Shown here: positions 36,062 through 45,483 of the stretch, one piece after another | How the letters are laid out: each line of letters begins with the position of its first letter | Position numbering within the stretch: position 1 is the first letter of the stretch | IMG/VR virus record: IMGVR_UViG_3300021478_000028 | Location: 116-64,115 of that record | Reading direction: 5' to 3' (one strand) | DNA from: a virus | Taxonomy: Duplodnaviria > Caudoviricetes | DNA: 64,000 bases | Notes under the pieces: generated by a model | The model's input: the letters and a program-made list of their open reading frames with translations, nothing else | Database searches by the model: none | Told to the model about the DNA's origin: nothing | Made by a program: the position numbers and the translations under genes

Positions 36062-37225
36062 ATGCGCGTGAGAATCACTCAGATTGATGGAAAATTGCCG
36101 AACCTGGCTTTAATGAAGCTCGCGCACTATCATCGCGAGCGCGGAGATGAGATCATTTTCACAAAGAGGGTTGACTATGACTCGCGACTGATGGAGCCGT
36201 TGCAACGCTATGACCGCGTTTATGGCTCAGCGATCTTTGCGTTCTCAACCAAACGAGTTGCCGAGTTCAAGCATAATTTCCCCGATGCCATTGTAGGCGG
36301 GACGTGGAACATAGCCGATAACAGCACAGTCGAGGAACTGATCGGAGAGCATAAAGGCTACGATTACACGATCTATGATAAAGAAGAGTTCACCATCGAG
36401 CGCGCGAATTGGGGTAAGCACGAGAAGCGATCTGGTTTTAGAGACTCGATTGGCTTTACGCAGCGAGGCTGTCGGCTCAAATGCGGGTTCTGTGTCGTTC
36501 CGAAGAAGGAGGGCAAGAATCGCTCTGTCAACACAATCAATGACATCTGGCGCGGTGAGCCATGGCCGAAGCATCTGCATCTGCTCGACAATGACTTCTT
36601 TGGCCAACCACGCGAGCAGTGGCTAACACGCAAAAAAGAGATCGTGGACGGCAGGTTCAAAGTCTGCCTCAACCAGGGCATCAATACCCGGATGATCGAC
36701 AAGGAGTCGGCCGAAGCAATCAAGGAAATGGGTTATTGGGACGACCGCTTCGCGTATCCGCGTCTCTACACGGCCTGGGACAATATCGGTGATGAGAAAC
36801 GATTCTTTGACGGCGTAGAGACACTAGAGCGCGCAGGTATCCCTTCGCGCCATCTGCTTGTCTACATGCTGATCGGCTACGATAAGCGGGAAACGTGGGA
36901 GCGATTATTCTTCCGGTTCAAGCGAATGGCCGATCGCCACATCATGGTCTACCCAATGGTGTACGGCGACCGCAAACGGACACTCCAGAATGGTGCATTG
37001 CAGCGAACAACGATCGAGCGCGGCGAAAAATGCCTTCTTGTCATTGGCGACCCGAGCGACAAGCGCCTGGAGAAGCGGACCCTGGAGCAGTTCCAGCGCT
37101 ATGTGATCAAGCGGTATTATACGGTCGGCTTCCCGTTCGAAGAGTTCCAATTCGCACAGTGGAAAAAGAGCCAAGACGTGCTCATACGCACTCAGACGCC
37201 AACGGATGCTCAATTTTTAATTTGA
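36062..37225 (+). CDS. Radical SAM protein
   Basis: RGCRLKCGFC (CxxxCxxC), LPNLALMKL, LLDNDFF. Confidence 0.92.
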   Translation: MRVRITQIDGKLPNLALMKLAHYHRERGDEIIFTKRVDYDSRLMEPLQRYDRVYGSAIFAFSTKRVAEFKHNFPDAIVGGTWNIADNSTVEELIGEHKGYDYTIYDKEEFTIERANWGKHEKRSGFRDSIGFTQRGCRLKCGFCVVPKKEGKNRSVNTINDIWRGEPWPKHLHLLDNDFFGQPREQWLTRKKEIVDGRFKVCLNQGINTRMIDKESAEAIKEMGYWDDRFAYPRLYTAWDNIGDEKRFFDGVETLERAGIPSRHLLVYMLIGYDKRETWERLFFRFKRMADRHIMVYPMVYGDRKRTLQNGALQRTTIERGEKCLLVIGDPSDKRLEKRTLEQFQRYVIKRYYTVGFPFEEFQFAQWKKSQDVLIRTQTPTDAQFLI

Positions 37226-37345
37226 CGACCTCGCACGCATATGATTGTATGCTGATGCCGGCTCACTGTCAGAGACAGAAAAGCCCGGACGGCGTTGCAG
37301 CGCTGCCCGGGTCAGAGGTCGGCTTTATCCAAGGAGTAAATCTAG

Positions 37346-38419
37346 ATGACTATGAACCAAGGCGGAAACAAGCAGCAAATCTTTGAAGAGATCATGCTGC
37401 ACAAGCCGCCACCGCTGAAAATCCAGCACACCAAGGTTCCGACAAACAAGGTCCGCTTCGACACGGAGAACCCCCGACTTAAATACCAAAAGCAACTCTT
37501 CCCCGACAAGTCGGACAAGGAGTTGCTGTTCAAGGAACCGGATACAAATTGGCTCTTGAAGGACATCGCAGAGAAGGGTGTTCTTGAAGCAATCTACGTC
37601 AAGGCCCTGCCGGATAGTCAGGGATGGGTTGTGGTCGAGGGCAACCGCCGCACAGCCGTGATGCAGGACTTACAAGAAAAGCATCCCGACAATCCCAACT
37701 ACTCCTATATCCCGGCCAAGGTGTTGCCGGAGCAAACCACGGCCGAGCAGCAAGCGGTTCTCATGGCGTCGTATCATGTCGCCGGAAAGATCAAATGGGA
37801 TGCCCACGAAAAGGCGGGCCATATCTGGTATATGATCAACGTACTGCGCATCCCAGAAAGCGAACTGGTCAATACTCTGCACATGGGAGCACCATCAATC
37901 AAAAAGTCGGCAGAATCGTATGGCCTTCTGGAGCACTTCAAAAGGTGTGACGGCGGCAAGTATGCCAAGGATGCCGAGGGCAAGTGGTCGTTCTTCGCTG
38001 AGATGCTCAAGGTCAAGGACTTCTATGAGCGTCACAAGAAGGGTGGTTCGGACTGGGATGACGACTTCTGTCGTTGGGTCGGTGAAAAGCGTATCCCGAA
38101 GGCGGAGGATGTGCGGGTTCTGCCGTTGATTTTGGCAAAGAAAAAAGCTCGTGATCTATTCAGTGACGAGGCCGCCGAGGAAGCCTTCGAGAAGGCTCGA
38201 AAAGAGGTGGACAAATCCACTCCAAGCCGCAACTCCAAGTTCTACAAGGATTTGGAAAACTTGGTTGTCTCCGGCAAAGCTGCGTCACTTAATGATCTCG
38301 ACGCCGCTAGCAGCAACGAGGCGGCCCGCGATACCGTCCTTGAGGCGTACTCGGTGCTACTCACCTTCATGGAGAAGTCGGGTGTGCGCGTGCCTGCCAC
38401 TCCCAGGCGCGTAGCCTAA
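37346..38419 (+). CDS. ParB/Srx N-terminal domain protein
   Basis: FDTENPR, I...G..EAIYV, VVVEGNRRTA, H......W...EKA, following HTH-like region. Confidence 0.85.
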   Translation: MTMNQGGNKQQIFEEIMLHKPPPLKIQHTKVPTNKVRFDTENPRLKYQKQLFPDKSDKELLFKEPDTNWLLKDIAEKGVLEAIYVKALPDSQGWVVVEGNRRTAVMQDLQEKHPDNPNYSYIPAKVLPEQTTAEQQAVLMASYHVAGKIKWDAHEKAGHIWYMINVLRIPESELVNTLHMGAPSIKKSAESYGLLEHFKRCDGGKYAKDAEGKWSFFAEMLKVKDFYERHKKGGSDWDDDFCRWVGEKRIPKAEDVRVLPLILAKKKARDLFSDEAAEEAFEKARKEVDKSTPSRNSKFYKDLENLVVSGKAASLNDLDAASSNEAARDTVLEAYSVLLTFMEKSGVRVPATPRRVA

Positions 38420-38420
38420 C

Positions 38421-38468
38421 GCGATCGCGAAGGCCCCGGGGCTCACCCCCGGGGCTTATTCGATCGCG
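38421..38468 (+). terminator. Hairpin terminator after the ParB-like gene
   Basis: GCCCCGGGG/CCCCGGGGC stem followed by TTATT. Confidence 0.65.
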
Positions 38469-38489
38469 ACCTCGACCGGTATATGCACA

Positions 38490-38783
38490 ATGAAAAAACC
38501 AGTCCTATGGACCACGGAGGAGATCGCCGCCGTAACCCAGGAGGATGTCATGCGTGCGGGGCTGGAGCTTGCCCGTGAACTCTACAACGTGCTCTATGCC
38601 AATCATCCCTTTGTGCAAGGCATCGCCCTTGCGGATGCGCTCTCCATGTGGGTTGCGAGCCACGTTGAAGCGAATGTGACGTCCAGAAAAAAGTTGTTAG
38701 ATGATCACCGGGAGCTTGTGGAAAAGCTGCTGCCGGACAACATCAAAACCGTGAAGAAACTGAGGCGCAGTTTGCGCCTCTAG
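38490..38783 (+). CDS. Hypothetical protein
   Basis: 97 aa, converges on the late operon. Confidence 0.55.
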   Translation: MKKPVLWTTEEIAAVTQEDVMRAGLELARELYNVLYANHPFVQGIALADALSMWVASHVEANVTSRKKLLDDHRELVEKLLPDNIKTVKKLRRSLRL

Positions 38784-39190
38784 CTTCGAGGCTTGTTCTG
38801 CTTGACCTCTGATTTGGGCTTGGCCTGCGCTTTCTCACCGCCCTTGTCGCTGTAATCCTGCTTCTGCTTGTCCGTTCGGAACGTATCTGGCGTTTTGAAG
38901 AAGTCGCCGGAGTGCGCCAGCACGGCGCCGCCGGCAGCATAGCTTGCGGTCTTTGCGCCCTTGCCCTTGGCGTCCTCACGCGATTCGTATTCGCGAATCA
39001 TCTTGCCGAAGAGCTTGCGGTCTTCGGCCTCATCGCTATGCACTTGGCCGCCTGCTGCGTATTTCATCTTGTCTCCTTTCTGGCCTGGAAATTTTCCCCC
39101 GCCTGCGTAGTAAAGTCGGACCTGCGCTAGATTGAAGTGCTTGCCGCTCGGGCCGACGTAGTCGCCTTGGCCTTTTTTCTGAAATGGCAT
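38780..39190 (-). CDS. Small basic protein with three YA(A/G)GG motifs
   Basis: YYAGGG, KYAAGG, SYAAGG; last gene of the late operon. Confidence 0.75.
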   Translation of the reverse strand: MPFQKKGQGDYVGPSGKHFNLAQVRLYYAGGGKFPGQKGDKMKYAAGGQVHSDEAEDRKLFGKMIREYESREDAKGKGAKTASYAAGGAVLAHSGDFFKTPDTFRTDKQKQDYSDKGGEKAQAKPKSEVKQNKPRS

Positions 39191-39195
39191 GGCTC

Positions 39196-40836
39196 TCATC
39201 TAACTCGTCTGGCGGAAATGTACCCGGTCGCACTTAATGTTCCGCCCGAGAATGCCGACTGCCCCGCCAGAAAGACGTTAGTGGCCGCGCTGACATTAAC
39301 GCGACAAATGCCGGCTTGCATGATTTGCACGGTGCCCTTGGCAAACCCCAGGCTGTATTGTGTCATATTGCCCGTTCCTCCCGCAATCTGCGCAGCGGTA
39401 GGTAAAGTTGCGGAGGTGATGGAAACAGCAGCGGCAAGCATTGTCGGGACGGTGTTAGCTGCGCTCGTGAAAACGACAACGCCCGAGACAGACCAGTCGC
39501 CCGCAGTAAGAGCCAGTGTCGCGACGTTCGCCGTAACGGCCGTTGTGAGCGCAACGCCGGCCGTGTTGTTGGCGGAGAGCTGCTCGCCCACCACACCCGC
39601 AGCCGCGTTGTCTGCCGCAACCGTGCCCTTGAGATTGAGCACGCCGGACATGCTGCCGCCAGCGAGCGGTACAAGCGAAGCGTCGTGCGGAACGAAGACC
39701 AGCTTGTCGGTGCCGAGGACTGCCGTGTTGTTCGCATTGGCGGAAACCGCGTTGGGTCCAGTTGGTCCGGTAGCCCCTGCTGGTCCTTGAATGCCGACCG
39801 TCCCTGGAGTGCCGGCTGTACCGGTCGGGCCAATAGATCCTGCTGGGCCAGTGGCCCCCGCTGGACCTTGAACGCCTTGAGCGCCTGCGGGGCCGATGGC
39901 GCCTTGCGCCCCGGGAGTTCCCTGATCACCCTTACCCCCTTGAGGGCCAGCCGCGCCCTGTAGCCCGGTCGCGCCAGGAGGTCCCGCAGCACCTGGGGCA
40001 CCTACGTCCCCAGCAACTCCCGCCGGTCCCTGCGGACCTGCGGCACCCGCCAGCCCTTGCGCTCCCGTAGCGCCGTCCGCGCCGGCCGGACCTTGCAAGC
40101 CTTGCGGCCCCATAACTCCAGCCGGCCCTTGCGGGCCAACTGGACCTTGCACGTCGCCCAGAAGCACCCAGCCCGATGGGGTGAGCGTGGCGCCAACCCA
40201 CAAACAAACTTCCTGAGTGACCGTGTAGAGCAGACCCTGGCCGTTCGCCATTTGATTGCCGGCCGGCGGGTTACCCGGTGAATCCCAGTCGGCCGGGACG
40301 TACCCAGACGGCGGCAGATCGGCCGGCGTCTTGTTTGTAAAGCTCCCAATAATCGTGACAGTCTGGCCAGCTGGACCAGTGGCACCTGCAGGGCCGGCAC
40401 CTCCGGCTGGGCCTTGCGCCCCAGGTAACCCTTGCGGCCCCTGGCCTCCAACCGCGCCTTGCGCTCCATCCTGGCCAGCCGGCCCTACCGGTCCAGTAAC
40501 GCCAACACCGGGAGAGCCTGCGTCGCCCTGTGGGCCTGCGGGGCCGTTGGCACCAGCCACGCCTTGCGGCCCGGTTGCACCCGCTGGGCCGGGAACGCCT
40601 TGAGGACCTTCAGGTCCGGCGGGGCCAGCAATGCCTTGGGGTCCTTGGGGGCCTTGAACGCCCTCGCCGCCGGTTGGAGTGCTGGGAAAGGCAGGCCCGG
40701 CAGGCCCTTGAGGACGGGAGATAGCAAACCAGTCCAAAATTTGTTGGGCCGGCCCCCCCGGATAGAATTGATCGAACTTGTACGGGTACGTCGCCGGGGC
40801 CGTCGTTTTTAGTTCAGGCTTGGGTTTGTCAGCCAT
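39196..40836 (-). CDS. Collagen-like fibre protein
   Basis: Two long G-X-Y tracts; C-terminal NAAAG.VGE...LTAGDW...ISARRVR domain. Confidence 0.88.
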   Translation of the reverse strand: MADKPKPELKTTAPATYPYKFDQFYPGGPAQQILDWFAISRPQGPAGPAFPSTPTGGEGVQGPQGPQGIAGPAGPEGPQGVPGPAGATGPQGVAGANGPAGPQGDAGSPGVGVTGPVGPAGQDGAQGAVGGQGPQGLPGAQGPAGGAGPAGATGPAGQTVTIIGSFTNKTPADLPPSGYVPADWDSPGNPPAGNQMANGQGLLYTVTQEVCLWVGATLTPSGWVLLGDVQGPVGPQGPAGVMGPQGLQGPAGADGATGAQGLAGAAGPQGPAGVAGDVGAPGAAGPPGATGLQGAAGPQGGKGDQGTPGAQGAIGPAGAQGVQGPAGATGPAGSIGPTGTAGTPGTVGIQGPAGATGPTGPNAVSANANNTAVLGTDKLVFVPHDASLVPLAGGSMSGVLNLKGTVAADNAAAGVVGEQLSANNTAGVALTTAVTANVATLALTAGDWSVSGVVVFTSAANTVPTMLAAAVSITSATLPTAAQIAGGTGNMTQYSLGFAKGTVQIMQAGICRVNVSAATNVFLAGQSAFSGGTLSATGYISARRVR

Positions 40837-40854
40837 CGGCGTCGTTCCTAAATT

Positions 40855-43800
40855 TCACGGATTAGCTCGCCTAGTCCGATCGAAGATCGCATTGCCACGC
40901 TTGGCGATCTCCATTGCCTGCAAATATATCAGATCGATGTTTTGTCGTTTGTCGTCCGCAGACATCTTCGGGTCTTCGTAAATGTTGCGGATCGCCTTGA
41001 ACTGGGCGCCGAGGGCCTTGTGGATCGGCTCCGCCACTGTCACTGAATTGGCTTCCCGTAATGCCTGAGCTACTGTGGGTTGGCCGTGTTTCTGCATGTA
41101 GTCGGCCGTAGTCTTGGTTTTCTTGCGCTCGTCGTAGGTGTCGTAGAAGTCCTGGACGCTCTGCACCGAGGCGCTGGGAAAGCGTGCGACGAACGCCTTG
41201 ATGCCGGGCATGTCGGCAAGTGTTGGCGTCGGCTCGACCTTCGGCAGCGTGACGCCACTGGCCTGAAGGCTTTTGTCGAGCAAGCTGGTAACGTGCTGTC
41301 CCAGACCACCGCTCCACTGCCGGATGTAGTTATCGATGATGGCCGGCGATGCAAACGATCCAGCCCCCGGAATGTTGGAGATAAGATTGCCGATAACCTT
41401 GGCCGTTTCACTTGTGTAGGGCGTTGCTTGATACTTCGGTTGCAGACCTTCGAGATATTTCGGTACCAGTGGCCGATCGAGAAACATTGAGCGGTTAGCG
41501 AATTGCTCAATCAATGGGGCGGCGGCCTGTGGCAGAAAACCTGGGAACAGCGCCTGACCCACCGATTTATGCAGATCCTTGAAGGCGTGCGGATTGTCGG
41601 TAAAGAACGCGTCGAGAACACGCTCGGGGACGGAACCAAATAGCACGCCCAACTCAAATGGCTTCGGGATGCGCCAAATCGTACCGTCGTTGCGTTGCCA
41701 CTGACCGTTCGGGAGCTGCCGCTTGTAGGCGGTGCCCACCTTGCCGGCATCAGTAGCATTCATGGGAACCCACTTGTCCGTAGGAATTATCCAGAACAAG
41801 TCTTTCTGCCACTCCGGCAACTCCTTCCAGCGTGGGTCGTCTTTATTAGCCATCCACAGCAGAACGGAAGGCATCGTGATCGACATACCGACCGTGGCCA
41901 GAAACTTGGTTCGATTGTCGCGAAAAGCGCGCGCGGCGCGATCGACGCCTTCTACCTGCGCATTGAAGAATGGAATAATTGAGTTAATTGCCTGGGTCTT
42001 CGCACCGAGACGCGCAAAGTCGAGCGTTCCTTCGCGTGATTGGAACGCCGCCTCCGTTGGAGATGCGCCAGCTTCGATGGCGCGCTTAAAAATACCCAGC
42101 CGTGTCGAGTTCTCCATCAACTCGGATATCATCCGCAACGACTCTAGCGGGTTGGTGACGACGTTCTTCAGCTTGCCAACAAAGTCTTTGGGATTTTGGC
42201 TGATGTAGCTGCGGTCGAGCGAAACCAGATTGGCATTGGCCCCACCGTGTGTCATCCAATTCTGGTAATCGGCGTCCTTCTTCAACAGGCCGCCTAGTCC
42301 TTTGACCATGTCGTAAACTGGGACATATCCGTATTTGGAGAAGGCGAGTGCAGAGAACTGATCACGTATCGGATTGCGCAATATGAACTCGGGCGACAAC
42401 ACCGCTCCAGCTCGCAGCATCCTCGCTGGCGTTGCAAGAATCCTGGTAAGCATATTGAGTGAGTCGCGATTCATGCCGTTTATTGCGCGAGCAACTGCTG
42501 GAGGAGCGTCGTAGATTTTTGCTTTGCCGTCGTTGAAAACCCTGATCTTATCATCCTTTGGATTAAACAGGTCAGGCCGGAAAATCTGCATGGTATCCGC
42601 GACCGACGCCGGAATGCCCTGCTGCTTCATGAACCGATTTATTTCCTCCGGCGTCACCGTGATCGGATGGACATCCTTGGAACGCGTCAGGAATCGATCT
42701 CCCTCAGGACGGCTGAGGTCCCATTTCTCCAATGCCTGCAGGACGCGATTGCGCTCGGCGAGACCTGTAAAAAGGTAAGTGTTCTTGACGATGGAATCGA
42801 TCGGATCGAATACCGGACGGTCAGATCCTTTGATCTCGTATATCGGATCTCTGACTTTCAGATCCCTGCCTACCCCGAGCTGTTGACCCAATTCGCTTTT
42901 TGGATCGAGCATCCGATAAAACGGCACATATGACTTGTTCAGTGCCCGCATTGCCTGGATGCCCTTGGCACCAACGATGTCCGTCATGTTGTCGAGGACG
43001 CGGTCCTGAAAGCCTACAAGCTCGCGGAGAACCGGCTCGAACTCCCCTGCCCTGGCCATCATGGCATTTGCTTCAGGCATTGGTATCCCGCTGTTGATAC
43101 CGCGCTGTTCCAGTTCGATCGCGTGCTTGGCCAGCGCATAAGCGGTGAAGCCCTCCGGGTCCTTCTCGACCGGTGCGAGAACCTTATCGAGCGAGATGCC
43201 ATTCCCCTGCCCGGTTTTGATATCGTAGGTGCCCAATTCCAATTGCTGGCGAACGCGCCCAGCGAGGCCTCTAGTCAGGCGTGCGAGCGTATAAAAGCTT
43301 TCTTGCGGTGTAAGAGGCGGCCCTTGCTTTTCAAGTTGTTCGAGCGGATCGAGATCATTCTTCGCGTCTTCATAGAATCGCCTCCACCCAGCTTTGGCCT
43401 CATCCCAGGTCTTGGGTATGCGGCTTAGCCATGATGGTTTCTGCGCGACGCGTCCAAGAATAGCCGCTTGTGCAGCGGCTACTGTTGTGGGTGTTCCCGG
43501 CGCTGCTCCACCACCCCCGGGTGGCGGCGCGGGCTCGGAGTCGGGCGGCATGGGACGGCGCGGTCCACGCGCCATGCCCAAGGTCTCGACGCGGCCCATG
43601 CGCTCGGGCGGCAACTCGCGCTCCGGTATGGTGCCCCGCTCTATCTGGGTTACCCGCTCGCCAATCCGGCGGGTGATAGCTTCAGCGGCCTTTTCTGATC
43701 CCCCGTAGCGCGCGGCTTCGGCCTCTATCTGCCCTCGCTCGCCGGCTTGACGTTCGCTTAAATCAGTTTGCTGGGCGCGTTCGCCAAACAAGCCCTCATC

Positions 43801-45483
43801 GGCCGGGCGCTGGTCTGCTGTGGGCCTCAGCCGTTCGTCGGCACGGCGTTGGACTAGCTCGGCGTCCGAGATGCGTTCCGCGCCGGGGAGGACGAATTGC
43901 TCTCCCTGTGGAGTTTGCTCGGTCGTCGGAGCGCGAGCTTCGATAGGTGGACGTGCTTGCTCGCCGCCTCCAGGTAAAGCTTCTTGCGCTCCGGGTCCGG
44001 CTCTTTCTTCGCCCGCTCCCGGTGCAGGCTCGCCAGGCGGATATGCTGGCCTGCGTTCAGCAGCATCATCAAATCCCTCGAAGTCGCGATAGTATTCGTC
44101 GTCTTCTGGCCTGGCTAGACCTTTCTCCCGATTGTCTGCCATGACAGCGCGTTCCCAGGCACTCTCCGGGTCGAGCTCCTCGCTCACAACAAGCTTAGCT
44201 GCGCGCTCCACATCTTGAGGATTAGGCTTTCCTTGATATTCCGTGTCCCGCAATAGTTTCAGAACCGCTTCCGTCGCCTGGGGCAGTTCCTGCTGCTCCT
44301 GGATATCGCGGCCAGTGGGGCCAGCAGGCTCCCTGATCCCTGCATTTGGGAAAACATCGCGCCCACCCGGGAGCGCCTCAAGCAGCGCATTTTCGCCAGC
44401 TCTGGCTGGCCCTTGGGTTAAACCAAGAGCGGCAGGGTCGTTGATATGGCGGCTCTCAATAGCGGCACGAACCAGCTTATCGAGGGTCAGGCCACCCTCG
44501 CCTTTCTTCCGAATGAGCGCGCCAAACCCGGGGACAAATCCTCCTCCAATAGCTTGCCGCACATCAGAAAGCCTTGGCTCATCTGCGCTGATGCCGCCCT
44601 TGGAGGCAATGAACTGCCACAGGTTCAATCGTTTGTAGACGGCAGGCGCTCTTGGTGCTCGCGGCGCTTTCCCCTCGGGGGCAGCATCTGGATTGGTCTT
44701 CCACTTATCTGCCTGCCCAAGCGCTGATTTTTCGTTGGGAAACGTCTTCCCTCTGTTGTTGCCCTCATCATCGACAATCTGCCATTGCTTTTTGCCCAGC
44801 ACCTTGTTGACGAAAAATTCCGGACCTTTGATTGTCTCGTCTGGAGCGCGAGCAGCGGCTGCTTCCGGTGCCCGCGCGGCTTCTTCACGCGCTCTCGCGC
44901 GAGCAATCACTGTATCTATCGGGCTTGGAACGGCCGGTGGTGGCTCAGGGCGCCGTGGGAAGGTTGCCGGTTCTCCCAGCGGCCTCGCCTGGGCTGCGGC
45001 ATTCGGGATGACGGGAAATTCTGCGTTTAGCCGGCTCGTTGCAGGGCCGGGCGGCTCCGGTGGAGGCTCCGGCGGCGGAGGAGTTGGGCGAGCTTCAGGT
45101 TGGGCCGCATCCATTGCCGCGCGCACATCGGGAGCAACATCGCCTGCTGTCGTTACCTCCTCTGTCCTGGCCTGCGTTCGGTCCTTGCTATAGTCCTGAT
45201 CTGTCCTTCCAGCATTCTTGTCGGCGTTCACCGCTGACTCAGACGCGCCACGGGTCGCTATATTGGGCGATGGCTGGCCTTCTTGTGGTGGCGTTTGTGG
45301 TGCGCCTCCACCAGGGAGGGCTGGTTCCGCAGCATCGCGCGTTCCCGCCGCCTGTGCAGCTTTACCGCCCGGTAGCGGCTCTTCCGGTGGACGAAACCGT
45401 GCCCCTATCCGCTCCCCTGCCGCCGCCGCAGGCTCCATCAAGGCGCGCCCCAGCCTCGTAGGCGCACCGCTGAAAACACCCAT
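40855..45483 (-). CDS. Large ejection/internal virion protein, C-terminal part (LPD38-like)
   Basis: 1542 aa; DFAR.G..PFFNAQ..G, LP.WQKD.FW, RIPKPFE.G motifs. Confidence 0.8.
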   Translation of the reverse strand: MGVFSGAPTRLGRALMEPAAAAGERIGARFRPPEEPLPGGKAAQAAGTRDAAEPALPGGGAPQTPPQEGQPSPNIATRGASESAVNADKNAGRTDQDYSKDRTQARTEEVTTAGDVAPDVRAAMDAAQPEARPTPPPPEPPPEPPGPATSRLNAEFPVIPNAAAQARPLGEPATFPRRPEPPPAVPSPIDTVIARARAREEAARAPEAAAARAPDETIKGPEFFVNKVLGKKQWQIVDDEGNNRGKTFPNEKSALGQADKWKTNPDAAPEGKAPRAPRAPAVYKRLNLWQFIASKGGISADEPRLSDVRQAIGGGFVPGFGALIRKKGEGGLTLDKLVRAAIESRHINDPAALGLTQGPARAGENALLEALPGGRDVFPNAGIREPAGPTGRDIQEQQELPQATEAVLKLLRDTEYQGKPNPQDVERAAKLVVSEELDPESAWERAVMADNREKGLARPEDDEYYRDFEGFDDAAERRPAYPPGEPAPGAGEERAGPGAQEALPGGGEQARPPIEARAPTTEQTPQGEQFVLPGAERISDAELVQRRADERLRPTADQRPADEGLFGERAQQTDLSERQAGERGQIEAEAARYGGSEKAAEAITRRIGERVTQIERGTIPERELPPERMGRVETLGMARGPRRPMPPDSEPAPPPGGGGAAPGTPTTVAAAQAAILGRVAQKPSWLSRIPKTWDEAKAGWRRFYEDAKNDLDPLEQLEKQGPPLTPQESFYTLARLTRGLAGRVRQQLELGTYDIKTGQGNGISLDKVLAPVEKDPEGFTAYALAKHAIELEQRGINSGIPMPEANAMMARAGEFEPVLRELVGFQDRVLDNMTDIVGAKGIQAMRALNKSYVPFYRMLDPKSELGQQLGVGRDLKVRDPIYEIKGSDRPVFDPIDSIVKNTYLFTGLAERNRVLQALEKWDLSRPEGDRFLTRSKDVHPITVTPEEINRFMKQQGIPASVADTMQIFRPDLFNPKDDKIRVFNDGKAKIYDAPPAVARAINGMNRDSLNMLTRILATPARMLRAGAVLSPEFILRNPIRDQFSALAFSKYGYVPVYDMVKGLGGLLKKDADYQNWMTHGGANANLVSLDRSYISQNPKDFVGKLKNVVTNPLESLRMISELMENSTRLGIFKRAIEAGASPTEAAFQSREGTLDFARLGAKTQAINSIIPFFNAQVEGVDRAARAFRDNRTKFLATVGMSITMPSVLLWMANKDDPRWKELPEWQKDLFWIIPTDKWVPMNATDAGKVGTAYKRQLPNGQWQRNDGTIWRIPKPFELGVLFGSVPERVLDAFFTDNPHAFKDLHKSVGQALFPGFLPQAAAPLIEQFANRSMFLDRPLVPKYLEGLQPKYQATPYTSETAKVIGNLISNIPGAGSFASPAIIDNYIRQWSGGLGQHVTSLLDKSLQASGVTLPKVEPTPTLADMPGIKAFVARFPSASVQSVQDFYDTYDERKKTKTTADYMQKHGQPTVAQALREANSVTVAEPIHKALGAQFKAIRNIYEDPKMSADDKRQNIDLIYLQAMEIAKRGNAIFDRTRRANP

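Noticed and set aside
39137-40812. Plus-strand and alternate-frame ORFs over collagen genes (also 4-553, 57200-57591, 60153-60896)
   Set aside because: Shadow frames of GC-rich G-X-Y repeats.
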